Assembly (NCBI GenBank): GCA_963550265.1
Contig: CAUVCH010000001.1
Coordinates: 1-41,641, forward strand
DNA length: 41,641 bases
Source: an uncultured Mitsuokella sp.
GTDB lineage: Bacteria > Bacillota > Negativicutes > Selenomonadales > Selenomonadaceae
Direction: 5' to 3'
Both the position numbers and the translations under genes were made by a program. The notes under the pieces were generated by a model. The model was given only the letters and a program-made list of their open reading frames with translations. It was not told the DNA's origin and did no database searches. Every line of letters begins with the position of its first letter. Position 1 is the first letter of the stretch. Positions 17,696 to 26,346 of this stretch are shown piece after piece.

Positions 17696-19828
17696 ATGAT
17701 CAGGGTAAATAAGGATACGGCGATCGGCTGCCTCGTGCGGATCGCCGGGCATTTCCAGATCCCGGCGGACGAGGATCAGCTCGCGCGCGCCTACATTACC
17801 GACAAAGAGGCTGTCGATGTGACGACGATGCTGATGGCGGCGAAGGATCTCGGGCTGCGCGCACGCCGCTTTGACCATGTCACGATAGAGCACCTCGGAA
17901 AGATGCCGCGCCATGCGGTTCTCGAACTGAAAAACGGAACCTTCATCGTCTTCGAGGGCGTCAATGCCAACGGGGATTTGATCATCTATGATCCGGTTCG
18001 GCAGCAGGTTGGTTTCTCCCATGCAAGCGCCTTTTCGAAGGTGTTTTCAGGAACGGTCATTCTCTTTGCCAAGCGCTATCGGATGGAGAGGCTGAAGGAC
18101 AAGGTTCAGAAGTTCGGCTTCTCGTGGTTTATTCCCGTCGTTTCAAAGTACAAGTCGTTTCTCGTGCGGGTGCTCTTCATCTCGCTGATTTTGCAGGGAC
18201 TCGGTCTTTTGACGCCGATCTTCACGCAGACGATCATCGACCGCGTGCTCGTACATCACAGTCTTTCGACGATGGATGTTCTGGTCGCCGGTATGATACT
18301 CGTCGCGATCTTCCAGAACTGGATGATGGGACTGCGCTCATATCTCTTTGTCAATACGACGAACAAGATCGACGTCACGCTCTCCTCACATCTCTTCCGC
18401 AAGGTCGTAGAGCTTCCCAGCGCCTATTTTGATAAATGGCAGGTTGGCGATATCGTATCGCGTATGGGTGAACTTGAGACAATTCGCTCATTCCTGACGG
18501 GTTCGTTCATGACCGTCGTGCTCGATGTGATCTTTGCGGTTATCTATTTGGTCGTACTGTTCCTCTACAGTACATCGCTCAGTTACATCGTCTGGGTGAC
18601 GATTCCGCTCTACATCATCTTGAATGCGATCATCGCACCGATCTACAAGCGCCGCCTCAACGACCGCTTCCTACTGTCCGCGGCGTCTCAGTCCTTCCTC
18701 ATCGAGGCAGTGACGGGCGTTCGCACGATCAAGACGATGGGCGTTGAAAACACTTTTGTCGGCCGTTATGAAGAGGTACTGACGCAGTATTTGAAGCGTG
18801 CGCTTTCCGTGCTGAATCTCACGAATCTCGCAGGCAGCATCGGCACGTTTCTTCAGCTTGCATTCAATCTCGCGATTCTCTGGATCGGTGCGTATAACGT
18901 CATGGCAGGCGAGCTGACGGTCGGCGAACTCATCGCTTTCCAGATGATCGCAGGGCAGGTCATCGCGCCGATCCTCCGCCTCGTCAACATGTGGCAGTAT
19001 TTCCAGCAGATCCGCGTCTCTATGACACGCCTTGGCGATATCATGGATGAAAAGAGCGAGCCGGCGTTTGACCCGACGCGCACGACCTTGCCGCGTCTCT
19101 CTGGCGAGATCATCTTCGATCGCGTGAACTTCCGCTATAAGCCGGACAGCAAGAACGTCCTGACGGATATCGGACTAAGGATTCCCGCAGGACGACGCAT
19201 CGGCATCGTCGGACGCTCGGGTTCCGGCAAGTCGACGCTGACCAAGCTCGTCCAGCGGCTCTATGTGCCGTCGAGCGGCCGCGTGCTCATCGACGGCGTC
19301 GATATCGCGCAGGTTGAAACGGCGTGGCTGCGCCGCCAGATCGGTGTCGTCATGCAGGAGAGCTTCCTCTTCGCAGGCTCGATTCGGGAAAATATCAAGG
19401 CGGCTCTGCCAAATGCATCCGATGAAGATGTCCTGCGTGCGGCAAAGCTCGCAGGTGTCGAAAGTTTCGTCAGCGAAATGCCGCAAGGCTACGATACCTT
19501 TGTCGGCGAGCGCGGCAGCCTGCTTTCCGGTGGACAGCGCCAGCGCGTCGCCATTGCACGTGCCCTCATCACCGACCCGAAGATCCTGATCTTCGACGAG
19601 GCGACGAGTGCGCTCGATACGGAGAGCGAGGCACATATCCTCGCAGGTCTCGACGAGATCGCAAAGGGGCGCACGATGATCGTGATTGCCCATCGCCTGT
19701 CGACGGTTCGTGACTGCGATGAGATCGTCGCTATCGACGGCGGCCGCATCGTCGAGGCAGGACCGCATGATGCGCTGATGGCACAGAACGGTTATTACGC
19801 ACATCTCTACGCTTCCCAGGAGGGCTAA
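17696..19828 (+). CDS. Type I secretion ABC transporter 2 (HlyB/RtxE-like)
   Basis: C39-like N-terminus (DTAIGCL), KFGFSWFIP, GRSGSGKST, LSGGQRQR, ILIFDEATSALD and AHRLST. Confidence 0.93.
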   Translation: MIRVNKDTAIGCLVRIAGHFQIPADEDQLARAYITDKEAVDVTTMLMAAKDLGLRARRFDHVTIEHLGKMPRHAVLELKNGTFIVFEGVNANGDLIIYDPVRQQVGFSHASAFSKVFSGTVILFAKRYRMERLKDKVQKFGFSWFIPVVSKYKSFLVRVLFISLILQGLGLLTPIFTQTIIDRVLVHHSLSTMDVLVAGMILVAIFQNWMMGLRSYLFVNTTNKIDVTLSSHLFRKVVELPSAYFDKWQVGDIVSRMGELETIRSFLTGSFMTVVLDVIFAVIYLVVLFLYSTSLSYIVWVTIPLYIILNAIIAPIYKRRLNDRFLLSAASQSFLIEAVTGVRTIKTMGVENTFVGRYEEVLTQYLKRALSVLNLTNLAGSIGTFLQLAFNLAILWIGAYNVMAGELTVGELIAFQMIAGQVIAPILRLVNMWQYFQQIRVSMTRLGDIMDEKSEPAFDPTRTTLPRLSGEIIFDRVNFRYKPDSKNVLTDIGLRIPAGRRIGIVGRSGSGKSTLTKLVQRLYVPSSGRVLIDGVDIAQVETAWLRRQIGVVMQESFLFAGSIRENIKAALPNASDEDVLRAAKLAGVESFVSEMPQGYDTFVGERGSLLSGGQRQRVAIARALITDPKILIFDEATSALDTESEAHILAGLDEIAKGRTMIVIAHRLSTVRDCDEIVAIDGGRIVEAGPHDALMAQNGYYAHLYASQEG

Positions 19829-19831
19829 TAT

Positions 19832-21049
19832 ATGAACTTGTTGATCATGCACCCCAATTTCCCGGCGCAGTTCCTGTATCTCGCCCAGTATTTTGCTCGT
19901 TCACCGCGCAACAGGGTCGTCTTCCTGACGAAGGAGACAAACGGCAACCGATTGAAGAATGTGACGATCGTTGGATATAAGCCAAAGCGTGAGCCGACGC
20001 AGGGCGTACATCCGTATGTTCGCCCGATGGAGCAGGCCGTTTTAGATGGGCAGGCAACGCTTCGCGCAGCTGTTTCCATGCAGGAGAAGATCAAATTTCG
20101 CCCCGATGTGATCATCGGGCATACGGGCTGGGGCTCGACGCTCTATATGAAGGACATTTATCCGGAGGTACCTCTTATTGGCTATTTCGAATGGTATTAT
20201 CATGCCAAGGATTCGGATATGGCATGGTGGCCGGATGAAAAGCCTTCGATCGACGATATGCTCCGCCTGCGCACACTGAATGCGCATCATCTCGTAAATT
20301 TGCAGGCGTGCGATGTCCGCTATACGCCGACGCAGTGGCAGAAGTCGCAGTTTCCGCCGATGTATCAGGAGGGGATGCACGTCATTCACGAGGGGGTCGA
20401 TGTGGACTTTTGCCGCCCGAATCCCGGTGCGAAGCTTGTGCTGAAGGATAAGGGGCTTGATCTTTCGGATGCAGAGGAGATCATCACCTATGTATCGCGC
20501 GGCTTTGAACCATATCGCGGCTTTCCGCAGTTTATGGAAGCGATCCGCATCGTGCTCGGGCGCCGCAAAAAGACGCATGTCGTGCTCGTCGGCATGGATC
20601 GAACCTGTTACGGCGCACAGCCCCCGAAGGGGAAGACGTGGAAGGGTATCGAAGAAGAGCGCGGCGGCTACGATAAGGAGCGCGTGCATTTCGTCGGTCA
20701 TCTCAATCGCCTTGATTACCAGAAGGTTTTGCAGGCATCGACGGTACACGTGTATCTGACACGCCCCTTTGTGCTCTCCTGGTCGATGATCGAATCGATG
20801 AGCTTTGGCTGCGCACTCGTCGGTTCGAAGACGCCGCCGGTCGAGGAGGTCGTCGTCGACGGCGAAAACGGACTTCTTGCCAACTTCCGCCAGCCGGAGC
20901 ATATCGCGCAGCGCATCGAAGAGCTTCTCGATGATCCAGCCCTTCGGGCGCGTCTCGGTAAGGCGGCGCGTGAGACTGTGCTTGCGCGCTACAATACGAA
21001 CGATCGCGTAAAGGAACTGGCAAATCTGATTTACGGAGCAATGCGATGA
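19832..21049 (+). CDS. GT4 glycosyltransferase (Glyco_trans_4_3-like N-terminus)
   Basis: HPNFPAQF, IGHTGWG, YFEWYY, SRGFEPYRGF, HVYLTRPFVLSWSMIESM and DGENGLL. Confidence 0.88.
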   Translation: MNLLIMHPNFPAQFLYLAQYFARSPRNRVVFLTKETNGNRLKNVTIVGYKPKREPTQGVHPYVRPMEQAVLDGQATLRAAVSMQEKIKFRPDVIIGHTGWGSTLYMKDIYPEVPLIGYFEWYYHAKDSDMAWWPDEKPSIDDMLRLRTLNAHHLVNLQACDVRYTPTQWQKSQFPPMYQEGMHVIHEGVDVDFCRPNPGAKLVLKDKGLDLSDAEEIITYVSRGFEPYRGFPQFMEAIRIVLGRRKKTHVVLVGMDRTCYGAQPPKGKTWKGIEEERGGYDKERVHFVGHLNRLDYQKVLQASTVHVYLTRPFVLSWSMIESMSFGCALVGSKTPPVEEVVVDGENGLLANFRQPEHIAQRIEELLDDPALRARLGKAARETVLARYNTNDRVKELANLIYGAMR

Positions 21050-22797
21050 GCACACTGGATATATCGAGACAGATTCCGCCGCGCGCAAAGGTCGTTGTCG
21101 AGTTCGGTGCAAAATCTGATCTGACGGCGCGTAACTTCCTGATGCTGCAGCCGGCATGCCGATGGATCATCGTGACGATGCAGGGGTTTGAGACAGAAGA
21201 AGATTCTGAGAGAGTAGAAAGCACAGAAGACCGCATCACTGTCTTTCATGGCGATATGAGTGAAACTTCCTTTGAGGCAAGAGAAGGATTCGAGGAAGTG
21301 GATGCCCTGCTTGTCCGCGCAGAGGCTCTGGAAGCCCATGGAGCGAATTGGCGCGGCTGTCTCTCTCGTCTGCTTTTAAAGTTAGCACCAAGTGGGAAAG
21401 TCATCCTTGAGACACCGAATCCTTCGGCACTTCCGAGATTACTCTCTTCCCTGCGTGGAGAAGAGCAGTCTGCTGCACCGGGTGTTCAGGTACTGAGTGA
21501 TTTTCTATATGCGCAGGGATGGGATAAGCAGAGAACATTTGCCGTGCGTACGCCTAGCGACAAGGAGATAGAGCATGATCCGAAGCTTCCTGCGTTTTTA
21601 AAAGCGCTGCAGGATTATGCAGGTTCGGAAGCTGTACTTGTGAAAGAGCGTATTTTATCCTCGGCTTTCCTCGTCGAAGCGCAGCAGAAGCAGGAGAAAG
21701 ACATCTACTTGTATTCGATTCTCGGTGAAACAGCAGCGTGTTCGCGCGTGCGTGTGACCGATGCTTTTGCCATGATGAAGACAGATCTTTCAGTGCAGGC
21801 GCAGTCGATTGACTTTGATAAATTCATTGGCTGGCCGAAGACGGATTTTCCCACGCGTATCTTTTTGCGTCAGCGCATGCGCCATGATAATCCGCAGCAG
21901 GCACGTCGCTTTGTGGATGAAATGCGCCGTCTCGGCTGGCTCTCGGTCTGCGAATGGGACGACAGCCCGGCGATGACAGAGGGCAATCCGATGCCGAACC
22001 ATGAGGCTTTGGCGCAGAGCGATTTTCTTGAGTTTCGTGCTTGTCATGCCGTCCAGACGTCGACAGAGTTCTTGGCGAAGGAATTTCGCGTCTATTGTCC
22101 TGTGGTGAAAGTCTTTCCGAATGCTCTTGAAAAAATACCGCCTGAGCGCAATCGGTCGGGAAAAGCAGATCAGCCGTTCACGGTCTTTTTCGGCGCGATC
22201 AACCGCGAGACCGAATGGCAGAGCCTTGTGCCGCATCTCAATAAGCTGGCGAATAAACTCGGCGACCGCATTCGCTTTAAACTCCTCATACGCAAGGACT
22301 GCTTTGATATGCTCGACACGCCAAATAAGGAGTTTGTCGGACGCGAAGCGGAGTATGAGGGGCGCTATGTGCCGTTCGAGGAGTACTGGGAAGCTCTTCA
22401 GACAGCAGATGTCAATCTTCTGCCGCTCGTTGCGACGGATTTTAACCGTAAGAAGAGCGATCTCAAGTTCATCGAGTCGGCAGCCTGCGGCGCCGTTTCG
22501 CTTGCTTCGCCGACGATATATGAGGCGAGTATTGTCGATGGCTTGACTGGTTATATCTGCCGAATGCCAGAGGATTTTGCAAAGCGCATCGAAGAACTCG
22601 CGGAGGATAGAGAACGCCATGCGATGATGGCACACGCGGCCTACCGCTATGTCAGGGATCATCGCATGCTTTCGCAAATTTACGAGCAGCGTCTTGCCTG
22701 GTATCGTGAGCTTGGAGAAAACTACGAAGAGCTCGATCGTATGATGTTGGAGCGCTGCGCAAAGATTAAAGGATGGAATGACGCATCGGATTCTTGA
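21046..22797 (+). CDS. Fusion of a degenerate methyltransferase-like domain and a GT-B glycosyltransferase-like domain
   Basis: N-terminal IPPRAKVVVEFGA...LAPSGKVILETPN resembles a class I MTase fold. C-terminal EWDD, LLPLVATDFNRKKSDLKFIESAACG and IVDGLTG resemble GT4/GT-B motifs. Confidence 0.65.
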   Translation: MSTLDISRQIPPRAKVVVEFGAKSDLTARNFLMLQPACRWIIVTMQGFETEEDSERVESTEDRITVFHGDMSETSFEAREGFEEVDALLVRAEALEAHGANWRGCLSRLLLKLAPSGKVILETPNPSALPRLLSSLRGEEQSAAPGVQVLSDFLYAQGWDKQRTFAVRTPSDKEIEHDPKLPAFLKALQDYAGSEAVLVKERILSSAFLVEAQQKQEKDIYLYSILGETAACSRVRVTDAFAMMKTDLSVQAQSIDFDKFIGWPKTDFPTRIFLRQRMRHDNPQQARRFVDEMRRLGWLSVCEWDDSPAMTEGNPMPNHEALAQSDFLEFRACHAVQTSTEFLAKEFRVYCPVVKVFPNALEKIPPERNRSGKADQPFTVFFGAINRETEWQSLVPHLNKLANKLGDRIRFKLLIRKDCFDMLDTPNKEFVGREAEYEGRYVPFEEYWEALQTADVNLLPLVATDFNRKKSDLKFIESAACGAVSLASPTIYEASIVDGLTGYICRMPEDFAKRIEELAEDRERHAMMAHAAYRYVRDHRMLSQIYEQRLAWYRELGENYEELDRMMLERCAKIKGWNDASDS

Positions 22798-22805
22798 GTG
22801 CAATA

Positions 22806-22830
22806 GCGGCAGGTCTCTCCTGCCGTTTTT
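22806..22830 (+). terminator. Intrinsic terminator closing the five-gene T1SS-GT operon
   Basis: GCGGCAGG-tctct-CCTGCCGT followed by TTTT. Confidence 0.7.
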
Positions 22831-22864
22831 GCCATATTGTCACTAGATTAGGAAGGAAGACGAG

Positions 22865-24172
22865 ATGGGGAGCGCACCGGAAGCACTTTCAAGGACTTTT
22901 GCCGCATATTTGGAGAAGGTAAAGAAAGACAATAAGTTGATCCCGCAGGATTTTGTCAATATGATGGAGCCTCAGATGCGCGCCGCTGGTTACCGTGCGC
23001 CGAAGCAGATGGGAGAACGCCCGGAGATCTATGTTACTCGCGACGACGCCGCAGGGGACTTTGTCTTATTCTCACCTTTTCTGCGCGAACTTCGGCGTAT
23101 CTATCCTGCGGCCTACATCATGCTCTCGGTTTCGGGGCGAAGCGCTGATCTCGCACGCTGCTGCCCATATGTCGATGCACTTGAAGTTCACCCGATGCAG
23201 TTTAATCCAGAAAAACCTGCTGAAATGCTCGAGGCACAATGGGCATACGCAGATGAACGACTTCTTTCCCATCATTTTGATATGGCTTTTGGCGGCAGGC
23301 TGGGTCTTCGTTCACCTTCACTTCCGCAGATGTATCTTTCAGGGGCAAAGCGCCGCGTCGGCTTTACGCAGAATCGGCAGGGGCTGGGAGGAAGAGTCGT
23401 CAATGTTGGCTGGGACTGCTTTTTGACAAAGCCGGTGCCACTTCCTAATATCGCTGTACATGATGTCGACCGGAATTTATGGCTCTTAGAGACACTCCTT
23501 CAGCTGCCTATTGCCGACCGCAGTCTTGAGGTGTGGTATCTGCAGCAGGATAGAGAAGAGTCCCTGCGGCTTCTTCATCCCCTGCAGGAAGCGGGGATGA
23601 AGAAGTTTTATGCTGTCGTACCGACTGCGAGTCTGCCGCGCAAGCTGTGGCCAGTCGAGCGCTATATGGAACTTTTGAAACAGATTCTTGAAGAGGAAAA
23701 GGACGTCGGTCTAGCTATCCTTGGCGGTCCTAACGATAAGAAACTTTGCTCACAGCTTGCAGCTGCTTTTGGTCAGCGAGCGGTGATGCTCGCCGGCAAG
23801 GCAAATTTCCGCGTGACAGCGGCAATCCTTGAGAACGCATCGCTTTATATTGGCAATGATACAGGAGCACTTCACATTGCCGCCGCACAGAGAAAGCCGA
23901 TCCTTTCGGTTTCTTGTTTCCCGAGTTCCTTGAAAATGCAGCCGATGTCTGTTCCTGTCCGCTTTGCGCCTTATGGCGTACCAAGTGTCGTTTGTTGTCC
24001 TTCTGAGGCGAGGGATGAGTGTGCCAAGGGCAAAGAAGTTACGGGATATGGCTGCCAGGAAAAGAAGCCGCACTGCATCCTAGGCGTTAAGACGGAGACA
24101 GTTTTGCGCGGTTATCGAATTCTGCAGAAGATGCTTCGAGAGCATAAGGTTCAGAGTGTGTTTATCAAATAA
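22865..24172 (+). CDS. GT9 glycosyltransferase (ADP-heptose heptosyltransferase-like)
   Basis: RDDAAGDFVLFSPFLRELRRIYP, KLWPVERY, IGNDTGALHIAAA and a Cys-rich C-terminus. Confidence 0.85.
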   Translation: MGSAPEALSRTFAAYLEKVKKDNKLIPQDFVNMMEPQMRAAGYRAPKQMGERPEIYVTRDDAAGDFVLFSPFLRELRRIYPAAYIMLSVSGRSADLARCCPYVDALEVHPMQFNPEKPAEMLEAQWAYADERLLSHHFDMAFGGRLGLRSPSLPQMYLSGAKRRVGFTQNRQGLGGRVVNVGWDCFLTKPVPLPNIAVHDVDRNLWLLETLLQLPIADRSLEVWYLQQDREESLRLLHPLQEAGMKKFYAVVPTASLPRKLWPVERYMELLKQILEEEKDVGLAILGGPNDKKLCSQLAAAFGQRAVMLAGKANFRVTAAILENASLYIGNDTGALHIAAAQRKPILSVSCFPSSLKMQPMSVPVRFAPYGVPSVVCCPSEARDECAKGKEVTGYGCQEKKPHCILGVKTETVLRGYRILQKMLREHKVQSVFIK

Positions 24173-24219
24173 CTAGACGATGAGAAAAAGTTGTTTCTAG
24201 ATGAAGTGGGGAGGGAGAA

Positions 24220-25260
24220 GTGAATAGATTGCGTGAGCCCATGGTTTCGGTTATCGTACCGGTCTACAATAAAGAAGAATGGCTGGCGCCTTGCATAGAA
24301 AGTGTCTTGCGTCAGACATTTCCGGATTTTGAACTGATTCTCGTCGATGATGGATCGACCGATGAAAGTCTTGCCTTAGAAGCAAAATTTGCAGCAGAGG
24401 ATGAGCGCATTCGGCGTATTGTCCTAAAAGAGAATAGTGGTCCTTCGGCTGCACGGAATCGTGGTATTTCTGTCGCACGTGGTCGATACATCACATTTTT
24501 GGATGCAGACGACTGGATTGATCTCGATTATTTGCTTACACTTTGCCGAGCGGCAGAAAAGTATCGAGCTGATGTCATCGGTATGGGGTACGCTGCGATG
24601 ATGATGCAGAACGGAAGCTGGCAGGAGAATAAGGTGAGTTCTTATCCGACCGAGTGGACTTCTGTTCTGCACGAGGACGGACGAAAGAAGCGCTTGGCTC
24701 TGTGGATCAAATCCTCCTTTATGATCAATACGGCGTGGGGAAAGCTCTACCGGCGGAGATTACTCTTAGAAAATGGCATTATTTTTTCTCCGAAGGCGCG
24801 CGTGACGGAGGATATTCTCTTTTCCTTTTGTGTCGTTTGCTATGCAAAAACCTTTGTCTTTCTTAAAGACACGATGTATCGATGCCGGCAGACGGAGACA
24901 TCGATTACGCGCGGAGGAACTTCAAAGGAAAAATTTGAAATGGCAGTGAATGCGGTGCTGGAAGCAGGGCGCATGTTGCAGATGTATATTGACCGAATGC
25001 CGGAGATTAAGGCAGACAATAAGCTTTGCCGTCAGCTGCAAGTGTTTATGGGAGCGGCTTTTAATCATATGATTTTTGATATACGTTCGCAAGGTCTTTC
25101 GATTAAGACGATATTGTCAGCAATTGATCATTGTGTGTCAAAGACAGAGCCGCAGGCTGCGCACCTGACCGCTGCCATCGCAGAGATGATGCTCAGGAAA
25201 TTCAGCAAGCCTGCTGGCCGTGATATGAATGTGAGAAGCCGTGAGAATGCTGTGCAGTAA
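24220..25260 (+). CDS. GT2 glycosyltransferase
   Basis: VSVIVPVYN, LVDDGSTD, GPSAARNRG, FLDADD and AWGKLYRR. Confidence 0.9.
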   Translation: MNRLREPMVSVIVPVYNKEEWLAPCIESVLRQTFPDFELILVDDGSTDESLALEAKFAAEDERIRRIVLKENSGPSAARNRGISVARGRYITFLDADDWIDLDYLLTLCRAAEKYRADVIGMGYAAMMMQNGSWQENKVSSYPTEWTSVLHEDGRKKRLALWIKSSFMINTAWGKLYRRRLLLENGIIFSPKARVTEDILFSFCVVCYAKTFVFLKDTMYRCRQTETSITRGGTSKEKFEMAVNAVLEAGRMLQMYIDRMPEIKADNKLCRQLQVFMGAAFNHMIFDIRSQGLSIKTILSAIDHCVSKTEPQAAHLTAAIAEMMLRKFSKPAGRDMNVRSRENAVQ

Positions 25261-25284
25261 CGAATGAAAGAAGGAGCGAGGTGC

Positions 25285-26262
25285 ATGAAGGAGCCTGAGG
25301 TCTCGGTGATCGTGACCGCGTACAATGTCGCGCTGTATCTTGAGGCTTGTGTCAGGAGTATTCTCCGTCAGACGATGCCGGATTTTGAAATGATCCTTGT
25401 TGAAGACTGCTCGACGGATGGAACCCGTGCAGAAGCCGAGCGGCTCGCGCTGATGGATGAGCGAATCCGGCTGGTCTGTCACGAGCAGAATTTTGGGGTT
25501 TCAGCGGGGCGCAATAAGGGGCTTTCGCTTGCGCGCGGAAGGTACATCATGTTCGTCGACGGCGATGACTGGCTGGAAGATACGTGTATGGCATCTCTTT
25601 TGCGGGTGGCGGATGAACAGAGAGCGGATCTCGTGATGACGGGCTATATCGCAATGGAGCAGAAAGAAGATGGCTCATGGCAGGAACAGCGCCGCAGTGT
25701 CTATCACATCAAGGAACCGCTTCTTTCGGCAAAAGGGCGGAAGCGTCACTGTGCTATGTGGGCGGAAAAGTATTTTAACCTCACGGTATGGGCAAAACTC
25801 TATCGCCGTTCCTTTATGGAAAAGGCAGAACTGACCTTTGCGCCGGATGTACGCCTTATCGAGGATATTCTCTTTTCCTTCTGCGTGCTCTGCCGTGCGG
25901 AGAGGATCGTCTGGGTGCCGGGGGGCATGTATCGCTATCGACAGACGGAGCAATCGATCACGCGCGGGAAAAATTCACCCGCACGTTTTCGCGAGGGTTT
26001 GCAGTCTGCTATAGCAGCAGGGCGCGTGATGGATGCCTATATCAATTCGATGCCGGAAGTGGCATCCGATTCGGCACTCTGTGAGAAGCTGCGCTTGACA
26101 CTGGGAAGTCTTTATTATAAGTACGTCTTTATGGATCGAGCGAAAGGGCTTTTGGTCAGCGAAGCTCTGTTAACGGCGGGGGAAGTTCTCTCGGAAGAGG
26201 CTCCGGCTGTAGCTCCCTTCTTTTTTTCTATGTTGGATGCAACGTGGCGAAAGGGTCACTGA
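25285..26262 (+). CDS. GT2 glycosyltransferase, paralog of the preceding gene
   Basis: VSVIVTAYN, VEDCSTD, GVSAGRNKG, FVDGDD and VWAKLYRR. ATG 25285 follows AAGGAGCGAGG; 25264 is the alternative start. Confidence 0.9.
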   Translation: MKEPEVSVIVTAYNVALYLEACVRSILRQTMPDFEMILVEDCSTDGTRAEAERLALMDERIRLVCHEQNFGVSAGRNKGLSLARGRYIMFVDGDDWLEDTCMASLLRVADEQRADLVMTGYIAMEQKEDGSWQEQRRSVYHIKEPLLSAKGRKRHCAMWAEKYFNLTVWAKLYRRSFMEKAELTFAPDVRLIEDILFSFCVLCRAERIVWVPGGMYRYRQTEQSITRGKNSPARFREGLQSAIAAGRVMDAYINSMPEVASDSALCEKLRLTLGSLYYKYVFMDRAKGLLVSEALLTAGEVLSEEAPAVAPFFFSMLDATWRKGH

Positions 26263-26297
26263 TGGATTGCATTCTACTCTACTCGAATGTTTTTCGG

Positions 26298-26343
26298 ATA
26301 AACAAAAAGAGCACGCTCAAAAGGTCGTGCTCTTTTTGTTTAT
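26298..26343. terminator. Bidirectional terminator between the convergent GT2 gene and gltX
   Basis: Perfect 18-bp inverted repeat ATAAACAAAAAGAGCACG / CGTGCTCTTTTTGTTTAT with T-tracts on both strands. Confidence 0.85.
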
Positions 26344-26346
26344 GTT

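Noticed and set aside
14204..19828. Bacteriocin or glycocin export cluster interpretation
   Set aside because: The C39 catalytic Cys appears absent in both ABCs and I found no double-glycine leader peptide ORF nearby.
20042..22803. Long minus-strand ORFs (371 aa and 337 aa) opposite the GT genes
   Set aside because: Antisense open frames are common at this GC content, and these have no recognisable domains.
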